Of a stretch of 64,000 nt of DNA, positions 41,601 to 55,332 are shown piece after piece. Origin of the DNA: Spironucleus salmonicida. Its lineage: Eukaryota. Made by a program: the position numbers and the translations under genes. The DNA is taken from assembly GCF_000497125.1 (NCBI RefSeq), contig NC_090596.1, forward strand, positions 1,860,001 to 1,924,000, written 5' to 3'. Below the pieces are notes generated by a model. It was not told the DNA's origin, ran no database searches, and saw only the letters and a list, made by a program, of their open reading frames with translations. Position 1 is the stretch's first letter; each line of letters opens with the position of its first letter.

Positions 41601-44600
41601 GTAATATAGTAATATAGTAATATAGTAATATAGTAATATAGTAATATAGTAATATAAGTAATATAGTATATATAATATAGTAATATAGTAATATAGTAAT
41701 ATAGTAATATAGTAATATAGTAATATAGTAATATAGTAATATAGTAATATAGTAATATAGTAATATAGTAATATAGTAATATAGTAATATAGTAATATAG
41801 TAATATAGTAATATAGTAATATAGTAATATAGTAATATAGTAATATAGTAATATAGTAATATAGTAATATAGTAATATAGTAATATAGTAATATAGTAAT
41901 ATAGTAAATAGTAATATAGTAATATAGTAATATAGTAATATAGTAATATAGTAATATAGTAATATAGTAATATAGTAATATAGTAAATATAGTAATATAG
42001 TAATATAGTAATATAGTAATATAGTAATATAGTAATAATAGTAATATAGTAATTATATTGTATATAGTAATATAGTAATATAGTAATATAGTAAATATAG
42101 TAATAATATAGTAATATAGTAATATAGTAATATAGTAATATAGTAATAATAGTAAATATAGTAATATAGTTAATATAAGTAAAATATAGTAATATAGTAA
42201 ATATAGTTAATATAAGTAATATAGTAATATAGTAATATAGTAATATAGTAATATAGTAATATAGTAATATAGTAATATAGTAATATAGTAAATATAGTAA
42301 TATAGTAATATAGTAATATAGTAATATAGTAATATAGTAATGATAGTTAATATAGTAATATAGTAATATAGTAATATAGTAATATAGTAATATAGTTAAT
42401 ATAGTAAATAGTAAATAGTAATATAGTAATATAGTTAATATAGTAAATATAGTATATAGTAATATAGTAAATAGTATAAGTAATATAGTAATAAAATTAG
42501 TAATATAGTAATATAGTAATATAGTAATTAGTAATATAGTAATATAGTAATATAGTAAATATAAGTAATAATAGTAATATAGTAATATAGTAAGTATATA
42601 TATAGTAATATAGTAATATAGTAATATTAAGTAATATAGTAATATAGTAATATAGTAATATAGTAATATAGTAATATAGTAATATAGTAATTATAGTAAA
42701 TTTATAGTAATATAGTAATATAGTAATATAGTAATATATAAATAGTAATATAGTTTAATATAGTAATATAGTAATATAGTAAATTATAGTAATATAGTAA
42801 TATAGTAATATAGTAATATAGTAATATAAGTAATAATAGTAATAGTAATATAAGTAATATAGTAATTATAGTAATATGTAATATAGTAATATAGTAATAT
42901 AGTAATATAGTAATATAGTAAAAATATAGTAAATATAAAAGTAATGATAGTAATATAGTAATATAGTAAATATAGTAATATAGTAATATAGTAATATAGT
43001 ATTATATAGTAAAAAGTAAATAGTAAATATTAAGTAATATAGTAATATAGTAATATAGTAAATATAGTAATATAGTAATATAGTAATATAGTAATATAGT
43101 AATATAGTAATATAGTAATATAGTAATATAGTAATATAGTAATATAGTAATATAGTAATATAGTGTAATATAGTAATATAGTAATATAGTAATATAGTAA
43201 TATAGTAATTATAGTAATATAGTAATATAGTAATATAGTAATATAGTAATATAGTAATATAGTAATATAGTAATATAAATATAGTAATATAGTAATATAG
43301 TAATATAGTAATATAGTAATATAGTAATATAGTAATATAGTAATATAGTAATATAGTAATATAGTAATATAGTAATATAGTAATATAGTAATATAGTAAT
43401 ATAGTAATAATAGTAATATAGTAATATAGTAATATAGTAATATAGTAATATAGTAATATAGTAATATAGTAAATATAGTAATATAAGTAATATAGTAATA
43501 TAGTAATATAGTAATATAGTAATATAGTAAATATAGTAATATAGTAATATAGTAATATAGTAATATAGTAAATATAGTAATATAGTAATATAGTAATATA
43601 GTAATATAGTAAAATATAATATAGTAATATAGTAATATAGTAATATAGTAATATAGTAATATAGTAATATAGTAATATAGTAATATAGTAATATAGTAAT
43701 ATAGTAATATAGTAATATAGTAATAGTAATATAGTAATATATAGTAATATAGTAATATAGTAATATAGTAATATAGTAATATAGTTAAATATAGTAATAT
43801 AGTAATAATAGTAATATAGTAATATAGTAATATAGTAATATAGTAATATAGTAATATAGTAATATAGTAATATAGTAATATAGTAATATAGTAATATAGT
43901 AATATAGTAATATAGTAATATAGTAATATAGTAATATAGTAATATAGTAATATAGTAATAATAGTTAATATAAGTAATATAGTAATATAGTAATATAGTA
44001 ATATAGTAATATAGTAATATAGTAATATAGTAATATAGTAATATAAATAGTAATATAGTAATATAGTAATATAGTAATATAGTAATATAGTAATATAGTA
44101 ATATAGTAATATAGTAATATAGTAATATAGTAATATAGTAATATAGTAATATAGTAATATAGTAATATAGTAATATAGTAATATAGTAATATAGTAATAT
44201 AGTAATATAGTAATATAGTAATATAGTAATATAGTAATATAGTAATATAGTAATATAGTAATATAGTAATATAGTAATATAGTAATATAGTAAATATAGT
44301 AATATAGTAATATAGTAATATAGTAATATAGTAATATAGTAAATATAGTAATATAGTAATATAGTAATATAGTAATATAGTAATATAGTAATATAGTAAT
44401 ATAGTAAATATAGTAATATAGTAATATAGTAATATAGTAATATAGTAATATAGTAATATAGTAATATAGTAATATAGTAATATAGTAATATAGTAATATA
44501 GTAATATAGTAATATAGTAATATAGTAATATAGTAATATAGTAATATAGTAATATAGTAATATAGTAATATAGTAATATAGTAATATAGTAATATAGTAA

Positions 44601-47600
44601 TATAGTAATATAGTAATATAGTAATATAGTAATAGTAATATAGTAATATAGTAATATAGTAATATATAAGTAATATAGTAATATAGTAATATAGTAATAT
44701 AGTAATATAGTAATATAGTAAATATAGTAATATAGTAATATAGTAATATAGTAATAAGTAATATAGTAATATAGTAATATAGTAATATAGTAATATAGTA
44801 ATATAGTAATATAGTAATATAGTAATATAGTAATATAGTAATATAGTAATATAGTAATATAGTAATATAGTAATATAAAAGTAATATAGTAATATAGTAA
44901 TATAGTAATATAGTAATATAGTAATATAGTAATATAGTAATATAGTAATATAGTAATATAGTAAATATAGTAATATAGTAATATAGTAATATAGTAATAT
45001 AGTAATATAGTAATATATAGTAAATAATATAGTAATATAGTAATATAAGTAATATAGTAATATAGTAATATAGTAATATAGTAATATAGTAATATAGTAA
45101 TATAGTAATATAGTAATATAGTAATATAGTAATATAGTAATATAGTAATATAGTAATATAGTAATATAGTAATATAGTAATATAGTAATATAGTAATATA
45201 GTAATATAGTAATATAGTAAATATAGTAAATAGTAATAGTAATATAGTAATATAGTAATATAGGTAATATAGTAATATAGTAATATAGTAATATAGTAAT
45301 ATAGTAATATAGTAATATAGTAATATAGTAATATAGTAATATAGTAATATAGTAATATAGTAATATAGTAAATATAGTAAATATAGTAATATAGTAAAAT
45401 AAAATATAGTAATATAGTAATATATATATAGTAATATAGTAAATATAGTAATATAGTAATATAGTAATATAGTAATATAGTAATATAGTAATATAGTAAT
45501 ATAGTAATATAGTAATATAGTAATATAGTAATATAGTAATATAGTAATATAGTAATATAGTAATATAGTAATATAGTAATATAGTAATATAGTAAATATA
45601 GTAATATAGTAATATAGTAATATAGTAATATAGTAATATAGTAATATAGTAATATAGTAATATAGTAATATAGTAATATAGTAATATAGTAATATAGTAA
45701 ATATAGTAATATAGTAATATAGTAATATAGTAATATAGTAATATAGTAATATAGTAATATAGTAATATAGTAATATAGTAATATAGTAATATAGTAATAT
45801 AGTAATAATAAATAGTAATATAGTAATATAGTAAAATATAGTAATATAGTAATATAGTAATATAGTAATATAGTAATATAGTAATATAGTAATATAGTAA
45901 TATAGTAATATAGTAATATAGTAATATAGTAATATAGTAATATAGTTAATATAGTAATATAGTAATATAGTAATATAGTAATATAGTAATATAGTAATAT
46001 AGTAATATAGTAATATAGTAATATAGTAATATAGTAATATAGTAATATAGTAATATAGTAATATAGTAATATAGTAATATAGTAATATAGTAATATAGTA
46101 TATAGTAATATAGTAATATAGTAATATAGTAATATAGTAATATAGTAATATAGTAATATAGTAATATAGTAATATAGTAATATAGTAATATAGTAAATAT
46201 AGTAATATAGTAATATAGTAATATAGTAATATAGTAATATAGTAATATAGTAATATAGTATATAGTAATATAGTAATATAGTAATATAGTAATATAGTAA
46301 TATAGTAATATAGTAATATAGTAATATAGTAATATAGTTAATATAGTAATATAGTAATATAGTAATATAGTAATATAGTAATATAGTAATATAGTAATAT
46401 AGTAATATAGTAATATAGTAATATAGTAATATAGTAATATAGTAATATAGTAATATAGTAATATAGAATATAGTAATATAGTAATATAGTAATATAGTAA
46501 TATAGTAATATAGTAATATAGTAATATAGTATATAGTAATATAGTAATATAGTAATATAGTAATATAGTAATATAGTAATATAGTAATATAGTAATATAG
46601 TAATATAGTAATATAGTAATATAGTAATATAGTAATATAGTAATATAGTAATATAGTAATATAGTAATATAGTAATATAGTAATATAGTAATATAGTAAT
46701 ATAGTAATATAGTAATATAGTAATATAGTAATATAGTAAATATAGTAATATAGTAATATAGTAATTATAGTAATATAGTAATATAGTAATATAGTAATAT
46801 AGTAATATAGTAATATAGTAATATAGTAATATAGTAATAGTAATATATAATATAGTAATATAGTAATATAGTAATATAGTAATATAGTAATATAGTAATA
46901 TAGTAATATAGTAATATAGTAATATAGTAATATAGTAATATAGTAATATAGTAATATAGTAATATAGTAATATAGTAATATAGTAATATAGTAATATAGT
47001 AATATAGTAATATAGTAATATAGTAATATAGTAATATAGTAATATAGTAATATAGTAATATAAATATATTATAGTAATATAGTAATATAGTAATATAGTA
47101 ATATAGTAATATATAATATAGTAATATAGTAATATAGTAATATAGTAATATAGTAATATAGTAATATAGTAATATAGTTAATATAGTAATATAGTAATAT
47201 AGTAATATAGTAATATAGTAATATAGTAATATAGTAATATAGTAATATAGTAATATAGTAATATAGTAATATATAATAGTAATATAGTAATATAGTAATA
47301 TAGTAATATAGTAATATAGTAATATAGTAAATATAGTAATATAGTAATATAGTAATATAGTAATATAGTAAATAAATATAGTAATATAGTAATATAGTAA
47401 TATAGTAATATAGTAATATAGTAATATAGTAAATAGTAATATAGTAATATAGTAATATAGTAATATAGTAATATAGTAATATAGTAATATAGTAAATATT
47501 AGTAATATAGTAATATAGTAATATAGTAATATAGTAATATAGTAATATAAGTAATATAGTAATATAGTAATATAGTAATATAGTAATATAGTAAATATAG

Positions 47601-49297
47601 TAATATAGTAATATAGTAATATAGTAATATAGTAATATAGTAATATAGTAAATATAGTAATATAGTAATATAGTAATATAGTAATATAGTAAAATAAATA
47701 GTAATATAGTAATATAGTAATATAGTAATATAGTAATATAATAATATAGTAATATAGTAATATAGTAATATAGTAATATAGTAATATAGTAATATAGTAA
47801 TATAGTAATATAGTAATATAGTAATATAGTAATATAGTAATATAGTAATATAGTAATATAGTAATTATAGTAATATAGTAATATAGTAATATAGTAATAT
47901 AGTAATATAGTAATATAGTAATATAGTAATATAGTAATATAAATATAGTAATATAGTAATATAGTAATATAGTAATATAGTAATATAGTAATAATATAGT
48001 AATATAGTAATATAGTAATATAGTAATATAGTAATATAGTAATATAGTAATATATATAGTAATATAGTAATATAGTAATATAGTAATATAGTAATATAGT
48101 AATATAGTAATATAGTAATATAGTAATATAGTAATATAGTAATATAGTAATATAGTAATATAGTATATAGTAATATAGTAATATAGTAATATAGTAATAT
48201 AGTAATATAGTAATATAGTAATATAGTAATATAGTAATATAGTAATATAGTAATATAGTAATATAGTAATATAGTAATATAGTAATATAGTAATATAGTA
48301 ATATAGTAATTTTATAGTAATATAGTAATATAGTAATATAGTAATATAGTAATATAGTAATATAGTAATATAGTAATATAGTAATATAGTAATATAGTAA
48401 TATAGTAATATAGTAATATAGTAATATAGTAATATAGTAATATAGTAATATAGTAATATAGTAATATAGTAATATAGTAATATAGTAATATAGTAATATA
48501 GTAATATAGTAATATAGTAATATAGTAATATAGTAATATAGTAATATAGTAATATAGTAATATAGTAATATAGTAATATAGTAATATAGTAATATAGTAA
48601 TATATAAGTAATATAGTAATATAGTAATATAGTAATATAGTAATATAGTAATATAGTAATATAGTAATTATAGTAATATAGTAATATAGTAATATAGTAA
48701 TATAGTAATATAGTAATATAGTAATATAGTAATATAGTAATATAGTAATATAGTAATATAGTAATATAGTAATATAGTAATATAGTAATATAGTAATATA
48801 GTAATATAGTAATATAGTAATTATAGTAATATAGTAATATAGTAATATAGTAATATAGTAATATAGTAATATAGTAATATAGTAATATAGTAATATAGTA
48901 ATATAGTAATATAGTAATATAGTAATATAGTAATATAGTAATATAGTAATATAGTAATAGTAATATAGTAATATAGTAATATAGTAATATAGTAATATAG
49001 TAATATAGTAATATAGTAAATAATATAGTAATATAGTAATATAGTAATATAGTAATATAGTAATATAGTAATATAGTAATATAGTAATATAGTAATATAG
49101 TAATATAGTAATATAGTAATATAGTAATATAGTAATATAGTAATATAGTAATATAGTAATATAGTAATATAGTAATATAGTAATATAGTAATATAGTAAT
49201 ATAGTAATATAGTAATATAGTAATATAGTAATATAGTAATATAGTAATATAGTAATATAGTAATATAGTAATATAGTAATATAGTAATAGTAAGTAA
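38680..49297. repeat. (TATAGTAA)n octanucleotide satellite, about 10.6 kb
   Basis: Directly visible. Mostly perfect, with scattered indels and a noisier zone around 42000-43050. Confidence 0.99.
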
Positions 49298-50573
49298 CCT
49301 TATATGCTTTTAAATAGTAACTAACTACTCACGTATACGACTTAGGTTACATAACAAGAGTTAAAGCTAAACCTAATTCTCTAATTAGTTTCACCAAAGG
49401 TAATGATATGATTATAAATGAGTATTTAGAAATCTATAATTTTTTATAGATTTAGTAGTTTGTTATTATCTATTAAGGTTTCAAATTCAAATTATGGATC
49501 AAGTTAAAGAATCACTTCAAATAATAAATAGTTATCATATTCTGTTGTGTTATGGGCATATGAATATGTCACATCATACGTTTTAATATTAGTAACATAT
49601 GTCTAATAGATCTTATTAGTTGGTATCAAGTGATAAAATATAATTCCACTAGTAAGCTACTATCATCAAACACAAGTGTATCTCATTATTAATTAAAAAA
49701 ACGATATATCATCATTCGCGTTGCGAACACTGAAATACCTTTCCTTTTCTAACATAAAATTGGTATATATTTATTTACTTATGGTGGCTTACTACTAATC
49801 TAATCAAGTAAGATCTAAAGTGCGTTGTCTGAGATATCATAGACAGAATTACCTAAAAACAGTGATATTTGCATTTCAATTAGCATGCATTAGGATATTT
49901 ATACTACTTGGGATTAAAAAAACTGAAGAATAATTCGAATATAATCTTATAAAAATGAGTATATAATTAGTATATCTTAATTATTATATAAAATATCAGA
50001 TCAAAATTGTATGAATGGTAAAATAATGTAAATGTCATATATACCTAACAAATAAGCAAGCGATATTTGAATGAACAAGATCGGTACGTTATGTTTATAT
50101 TAATTTAATGAAGCATATCTTACTTTAATATAGGATGAGTACTCTAATTATATGTAAAATATATTCAAAATTTTAAGCTTAAAAATACTTCGGAGCAATC
50201 TGAACATTCTGAGACGCATATATTTTAAGTAGTAATACTAAATAGGCAATATCATGGGATCTTTGCGTGGAAAAATAATTCAATAGCAAAGCTCAGAGAA
50301 ATATTTATTAAGATGCATCAAGCACTTATATGATTCAACACCATAGAAAAAACATCACTAATAGATCATAACCTATAAACTACAATATCTATTGTTTTAG
50401 ATAGGTTTTCTTGATTTTAATATCTGCTGTAGTAAACATACAGGGGAGAACTGTTAATAGTTATCTGATCAATGAGCACCTAATCAAAAGTTATAAAAAG
50501 TAAATGAGTAAATTATATTTTATCGTTTTTGCTGTATTTTAAATGGATAAATAATAAATCATAATATTACCTG

Positions 50574-52271
50574 TCATTTCACTGCCTCAATTATTCTAGG
50601 AATCTCAATTAAGGTTGTACAGACTGCTGCTATTACTAGCGCACAGAACACCGTAAATATAATCTTCTTCAGCAAAATATGCTGATCCAAGATCTTGGTT
50701 GCCGTCATATCACCACAAATAATAGCTCCAGTAAATCCACCGCCTGGGAAGCTCCACGCAGATGAAAAGCACAAGTTTTTGTACATGGGATGGAAATTCT
50801 TCATTCTGTGTTGAGAACCAAATTCGTCAGGATTGTATCCATATAGTGATCCAGATTCACTTCTTGTGTATCTACGCATTGTGTTAGGAGTACCAACCTC
50901 TATATGATCAATCACAGCCTTTATGCCAGGGTAGTATTACTCTAGTCTATTGATGTAAATATCAGCAACTTCCTATTTCTTCAGCTTATATGCATCTGGA
51001 GTAAGATCCTTCCACTCCTGAATATAGGCTGCGGTAGTAATATTACAGAAAGTTCTGCCTGATGCGGTTAACCTGGAATCGACTTTTGAGTGGTCTACAA
51101 ATACAAATGAACGTTCTTCTATCTTTTCATACGCCACTAGGTTAAGGTCAGAGAGTGGGCGTGACAGATCGTTAGAGAAGAAAGTAGAGTATGCATTATT
51201 GGGGAAAAGCGTATTGAGATCAGCATTGCATACGAAGTAAATGACAAACAAAGATACTGCTGGCGCCTTACGTTTAGACCTCTCATCAAAAGTATTTTTA
51301 AGCTTCGGTATCATTCTGCCAAATACTAGGTCTGGAGCACAATTGCAAACAATCTTGTTGGATTTGGAAATCTTAGTCAGGTTTACATTTACCTAAGTTT
51401 TGGTTTTTCTATCGAAGTAGCTCACGCCAGTACAAATTGGTTTCTTAGCATGTTCGTCCTGAAGAATTATCTTAGTTACATCCGCCATGAGCCGCACTTC
51501 GCCACCATGCTCGCGGATCACTGAAACCAGGTAATTTGAGAGGGTTCCTGAGCCACCTTAAATCTAAACAGCTTTCTGGTAATAGCAACACTAAGGAATG
51601 GCGTGATAGATTAGATTCATATTGTAAGGATTGTCGGAGTAGTAAACAATGTTTGTGTTAATTACATTTTTGAGCTTTTCATCAGTAATATAAAAATCCA
51701 ACCATTAACCTATAGTATGTTTTCTGATCATTGGCCAGGTGAAGTGGACAGAGTGTACAATGGGGAAGAAAAAGAACTAGAAGTAACCCATGTTATAAGG
51801 AAGCGTAGTAGCACATCTGGCAGTATTGTATATTTTTTTGAAGTATCTTCTGATACCCTTCTCTTCATGAGGGAACTTTTCAATCAGATAATTTCTTGCA
51901 TTATCTAGACCATGAGGTATAGAATAGTGATTCTCTTTATCTGCTATATCCCAGACTGAGTTAGATGACACAAAGGTTATATTTTTATCAATACCTAGTT
52001 CTTTAAATATCCTGTGTTTTCCATCTGTCTTCTTATCTCCAAGATCCATCTCGTGCAAAGCCACTTCATACACATCCTTACCACGTTTGAAGGTAGTTGC
52101 ACACCCTCCTGCCTGGAAGTGCTATTCAAGGACAATAACTTTCTTCCCATTAAGGGCAAGCTTAGCAGCACAGATCAGACCACCAAGACCAGAGCCTATA
52201 ATAATATGATCAAATTTATTCTGAAGACTACTATCTGTAGGACTGTAAAGGATTCCGAGTTCACTCGTCAT
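50574..52271 (-). CDS. FAD-dependent oxidoreductase, phytoene desaturase / all-trans-retinol 13,14-reductase family (565 aa) with a C-terminal hydrophobic helix
   Basis: The three supplied fragments are in frame under code 6. N-terminal [44 protein letters not shown] (Rossmann), then IEVGTPNTMRRYTRSESGSLYG and NLCFSSAWSFPGGGFTGAIICG, then tail IIFTVFCALVIAAVCTTLI. Confidence 0.92.
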
Positions 52272-52671
52272 TTTAGAAATGCCCTGTTTTAAAAATGTTA
52301 TTAGTTAATTATGATTATATTATAGGAAATATATAGAGTAATAAAGATAGGTATTATTGTCTTATATATAGTATACTTAAAATTTATGAGATAAAATGCC
52401 AGATAATGTATATTAAAATTTATATTTACCTTGTTGTATAAAATTTAAACAGTGTATTCTTCTAAATAATTTTTATTTAGAAAAACTAAAATTGTAATGT
52501 AATATGTAAAATTAATTATATTTATTTTATATATATCTTAAAATAGTGTCAATGAAAATTTTACTGTGACTATAGTATTTCAATATTATATGTAATAAGC
52601 GATTTTTTTAATACGTATAAAATGCAACTTTTGCAGTATAATATACTATTTATTATTTTTTCTAAACATAT

Positions 52672-52700
52672 ATAAATAAATAAATAAATAAATAAATAAA
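52672..52700. repeat. Short (AAAT)n microsatellite
   Basis: About 7 tandem AAAT units in AT-rich intergenic DNA. Confidence 0.8.
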
Positions 52701-53649
52701 TATATATTTAAAGTATTTAACTACATTATACATTTGTAGTGTGACTTTTATCTCAATTACTGACTATTGAATTAATTGATATGTATTTCACCATTTTTAT
52801 CAAATAATAGTATGATAAGTATTAAAAGTAAATTTTACAGTATACAATATCACAAATTACCAAGAAAGATATTGATCAGGCTAAGTAAATTGTAGAATGT
52901 GTTAAAATAATAGTTTTTAAGTCTATTTACAGGTTATCTATACCGCATATCCAAAATTTTATTTAAGTAGTAACTTATCTACAATTACCAATAACATTAG
53001 CGTGCAGAATATGGCTTTAAAAGAACCAGAATATTCTATTGCTAAAAACTTACATTATCTTAAGAATTATTATTAATAACGAATATAACACAACTAACCG
53101 CTTACTCGCAGTAGTCAAATTCACATGCACAAACTGCTCGTCAATAGCTTGCAAAAACACGTAGCCATAATTTCATAGTTGTGCTTGAATTTGTATGGAT
53201 TTTATTTGCTGAAATTCGAGTTTAAGGAAAAGGTAATTTGAGCATTTTTAGTTAATTTTTAGAGTTTTAGACGCTTTTGAATGGAAATTCAAAGTGTGAA
53301 ATTATTATTTACTTGTATGTTTTGCAAGCGTCGTAAGATGCTGAGTCGCACAGGTGGCTGCGTAATACTCAGTCAATTTGTGAGATTCTTGATTCCGTAG
53401 GGTTGTTTGCATTATGGCGGTGCACAGATGTAAGCAATTTATTTTTAGCATGCTGACGTGATCAATAGGTTAAAAAGAGGGTTGAACGGGTAGATTAATT
53501 TTAAAATTTCGTAGTTTGATGTTTAATAAGCCTAGGCTGGAGTTGGAAAGGCGAAGATGAAAAGATTGCAGACTAAATATGAAAAGAGAGCATGAGCTTA
53601 TGCTTTAAGTATCTGGCGGGATTTCAAAAAATAGTTATTCTGAATCGAT

Positions 53650-54330
53650 AGAAAACTTTGTATAATGCAAATCCATAGATATCCCAAAATGCATATATTT
53701 TAGTAATATGATGTGGGTTATGGATTTGCGGGTATGTAATAGACTGGCAAAGTTGCTGTATGTCAATAAAAATTTTTAGATCAGGAGGTTAATATTTTGA
53801 TCGTTGCAGGTGTAAAATTATTGAAAATGGAATTAAACTCAGCTATAGCTCACCAGATGAATGTGAAATCTGTGCATATTAATTTATCGCTAATAGGGAT
53901 GGAAGTATGTGCCTGTTGTTAACTTGTGCTGACTAAACTGTTCATTGGGGTATGATAGCTAATGTGGGCAGTGCTGGGCTAATTTATAGTTTAACTTGTT
54001 TTAATGCGTTTTAGGGTCTCCAACAGGTTGTTACCTTGAGAATATATATGTTAGAGAACAACTTATGTTGATATTGGAACTTGTTTGAGCACGGCAGTTA
54101 ATTATAATAGTTATTTTTATGCTGACAAGAGGGCTGCGATATTGCCAAGCTTAATGGGTGCGTTATGATGATATAAAAAGTTGTATAAGTATGGGTATGT
54201 ATAAATAGATCAAGGTGTGTAAGATCTGTGCCAGGGTGGTTCTAATGCTTGTGATGTCTGCGATGGAGAAATGAGTTATCTATCGAAACTGCGAGAAGGG
54301 AACTTAAAAAAATGTACTTGGCTTTAGTTT
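53650..54330 (+). pseudogene. Degraded cysteine-rich (CxxC) surface-protein-like fragment
   Basis: Different frames give PDECEICAYQF...GSMC, DSQCGQCWAN...QC...GC and LCQGGSNACDVC, interrupted by frameshifts and TGA. Confidence 0.35.
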
Positions 54331-55332
54331 TATTGTTTATATTATTATAAATGGTAATACAAATATAATTAGTGAGCGAACCAAGTAAAGTGCGGAAAAA
54401 GCGATTACGTCAACTTAAATTCATTCATTCGATTTTAACAAAATAAAATTCATAGATTTAAATTATCTTAATCACCTTTAGGTAGTTAACTTTATTTACT
54501 TACTACGTTAGTGATGCCTACCGACGCTGGGCGGAAGATGCAGGGCGACTTGAGTTGATGCGTTTATTTTATATTGTATACTAATATATAATAGGTTCGT
54601 AACACATAATTGGAAAGAATGCCAGCGGAAATGGGATGCGATGCCAAATCGGAATGCTGAAAGAACTAGCCTGATAATAGTATTATATGGACATAAAGAT
54701 GATACTATACGCGATATAATCAATTTTACCATTACGGTAATATCGAAGCAGAGCATCGTGATATTTTAGCGCTGGCGCACCATTTGAGTGCATCGCCAGA
54801 AATTTATTGGAAATGCAGACACAGCCAGCTGGGAAGGTTATACCATGAGTAGCTGCTACGAGGGCTAGTTTCCTGCAATTTGCTTGTTTCCATAATTATT
54901 GGTTGAGGTCTCAGGGTGGTGGAAGGTCTATAGTACAGAAGTTTCATAAACAAAATTCTGCGAACTTCCTGATAACGGTGTCCAGAGTGTTATGTAATTG
55001 ATATATGATGCCGCGGACGTAGTGGAGTGAGTGACGCATTCCACAGTGCACGAGAGCTGGATCCTCACCTCTACCATACAACGCAAGGAGAGGCAGATCA
55101 CTGTGCCAGGAAATACATACAGGATGCACAATAAATATTATAATTGACTTGCGCCGAAGGATGGGCAGCACGCCAATCTGCCTAAGGGCCACGCCAATAG
55201 AGACCTTGTCTGCAATTTTTAATATATTATTAAATATAGTATTATATACAATACTACCAGTTTATATGATATATGGCTGAAAGTGCAATTACTTACTACC
55301 TAACATATTTAATTACACGGGCTTCACTCAAA

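Noticed and set aside
51717-52292. Plus-strand ORFs 51717-51908 and 52014-52292
   Set aside because: Antisense to the intact oxidoreductase gene.
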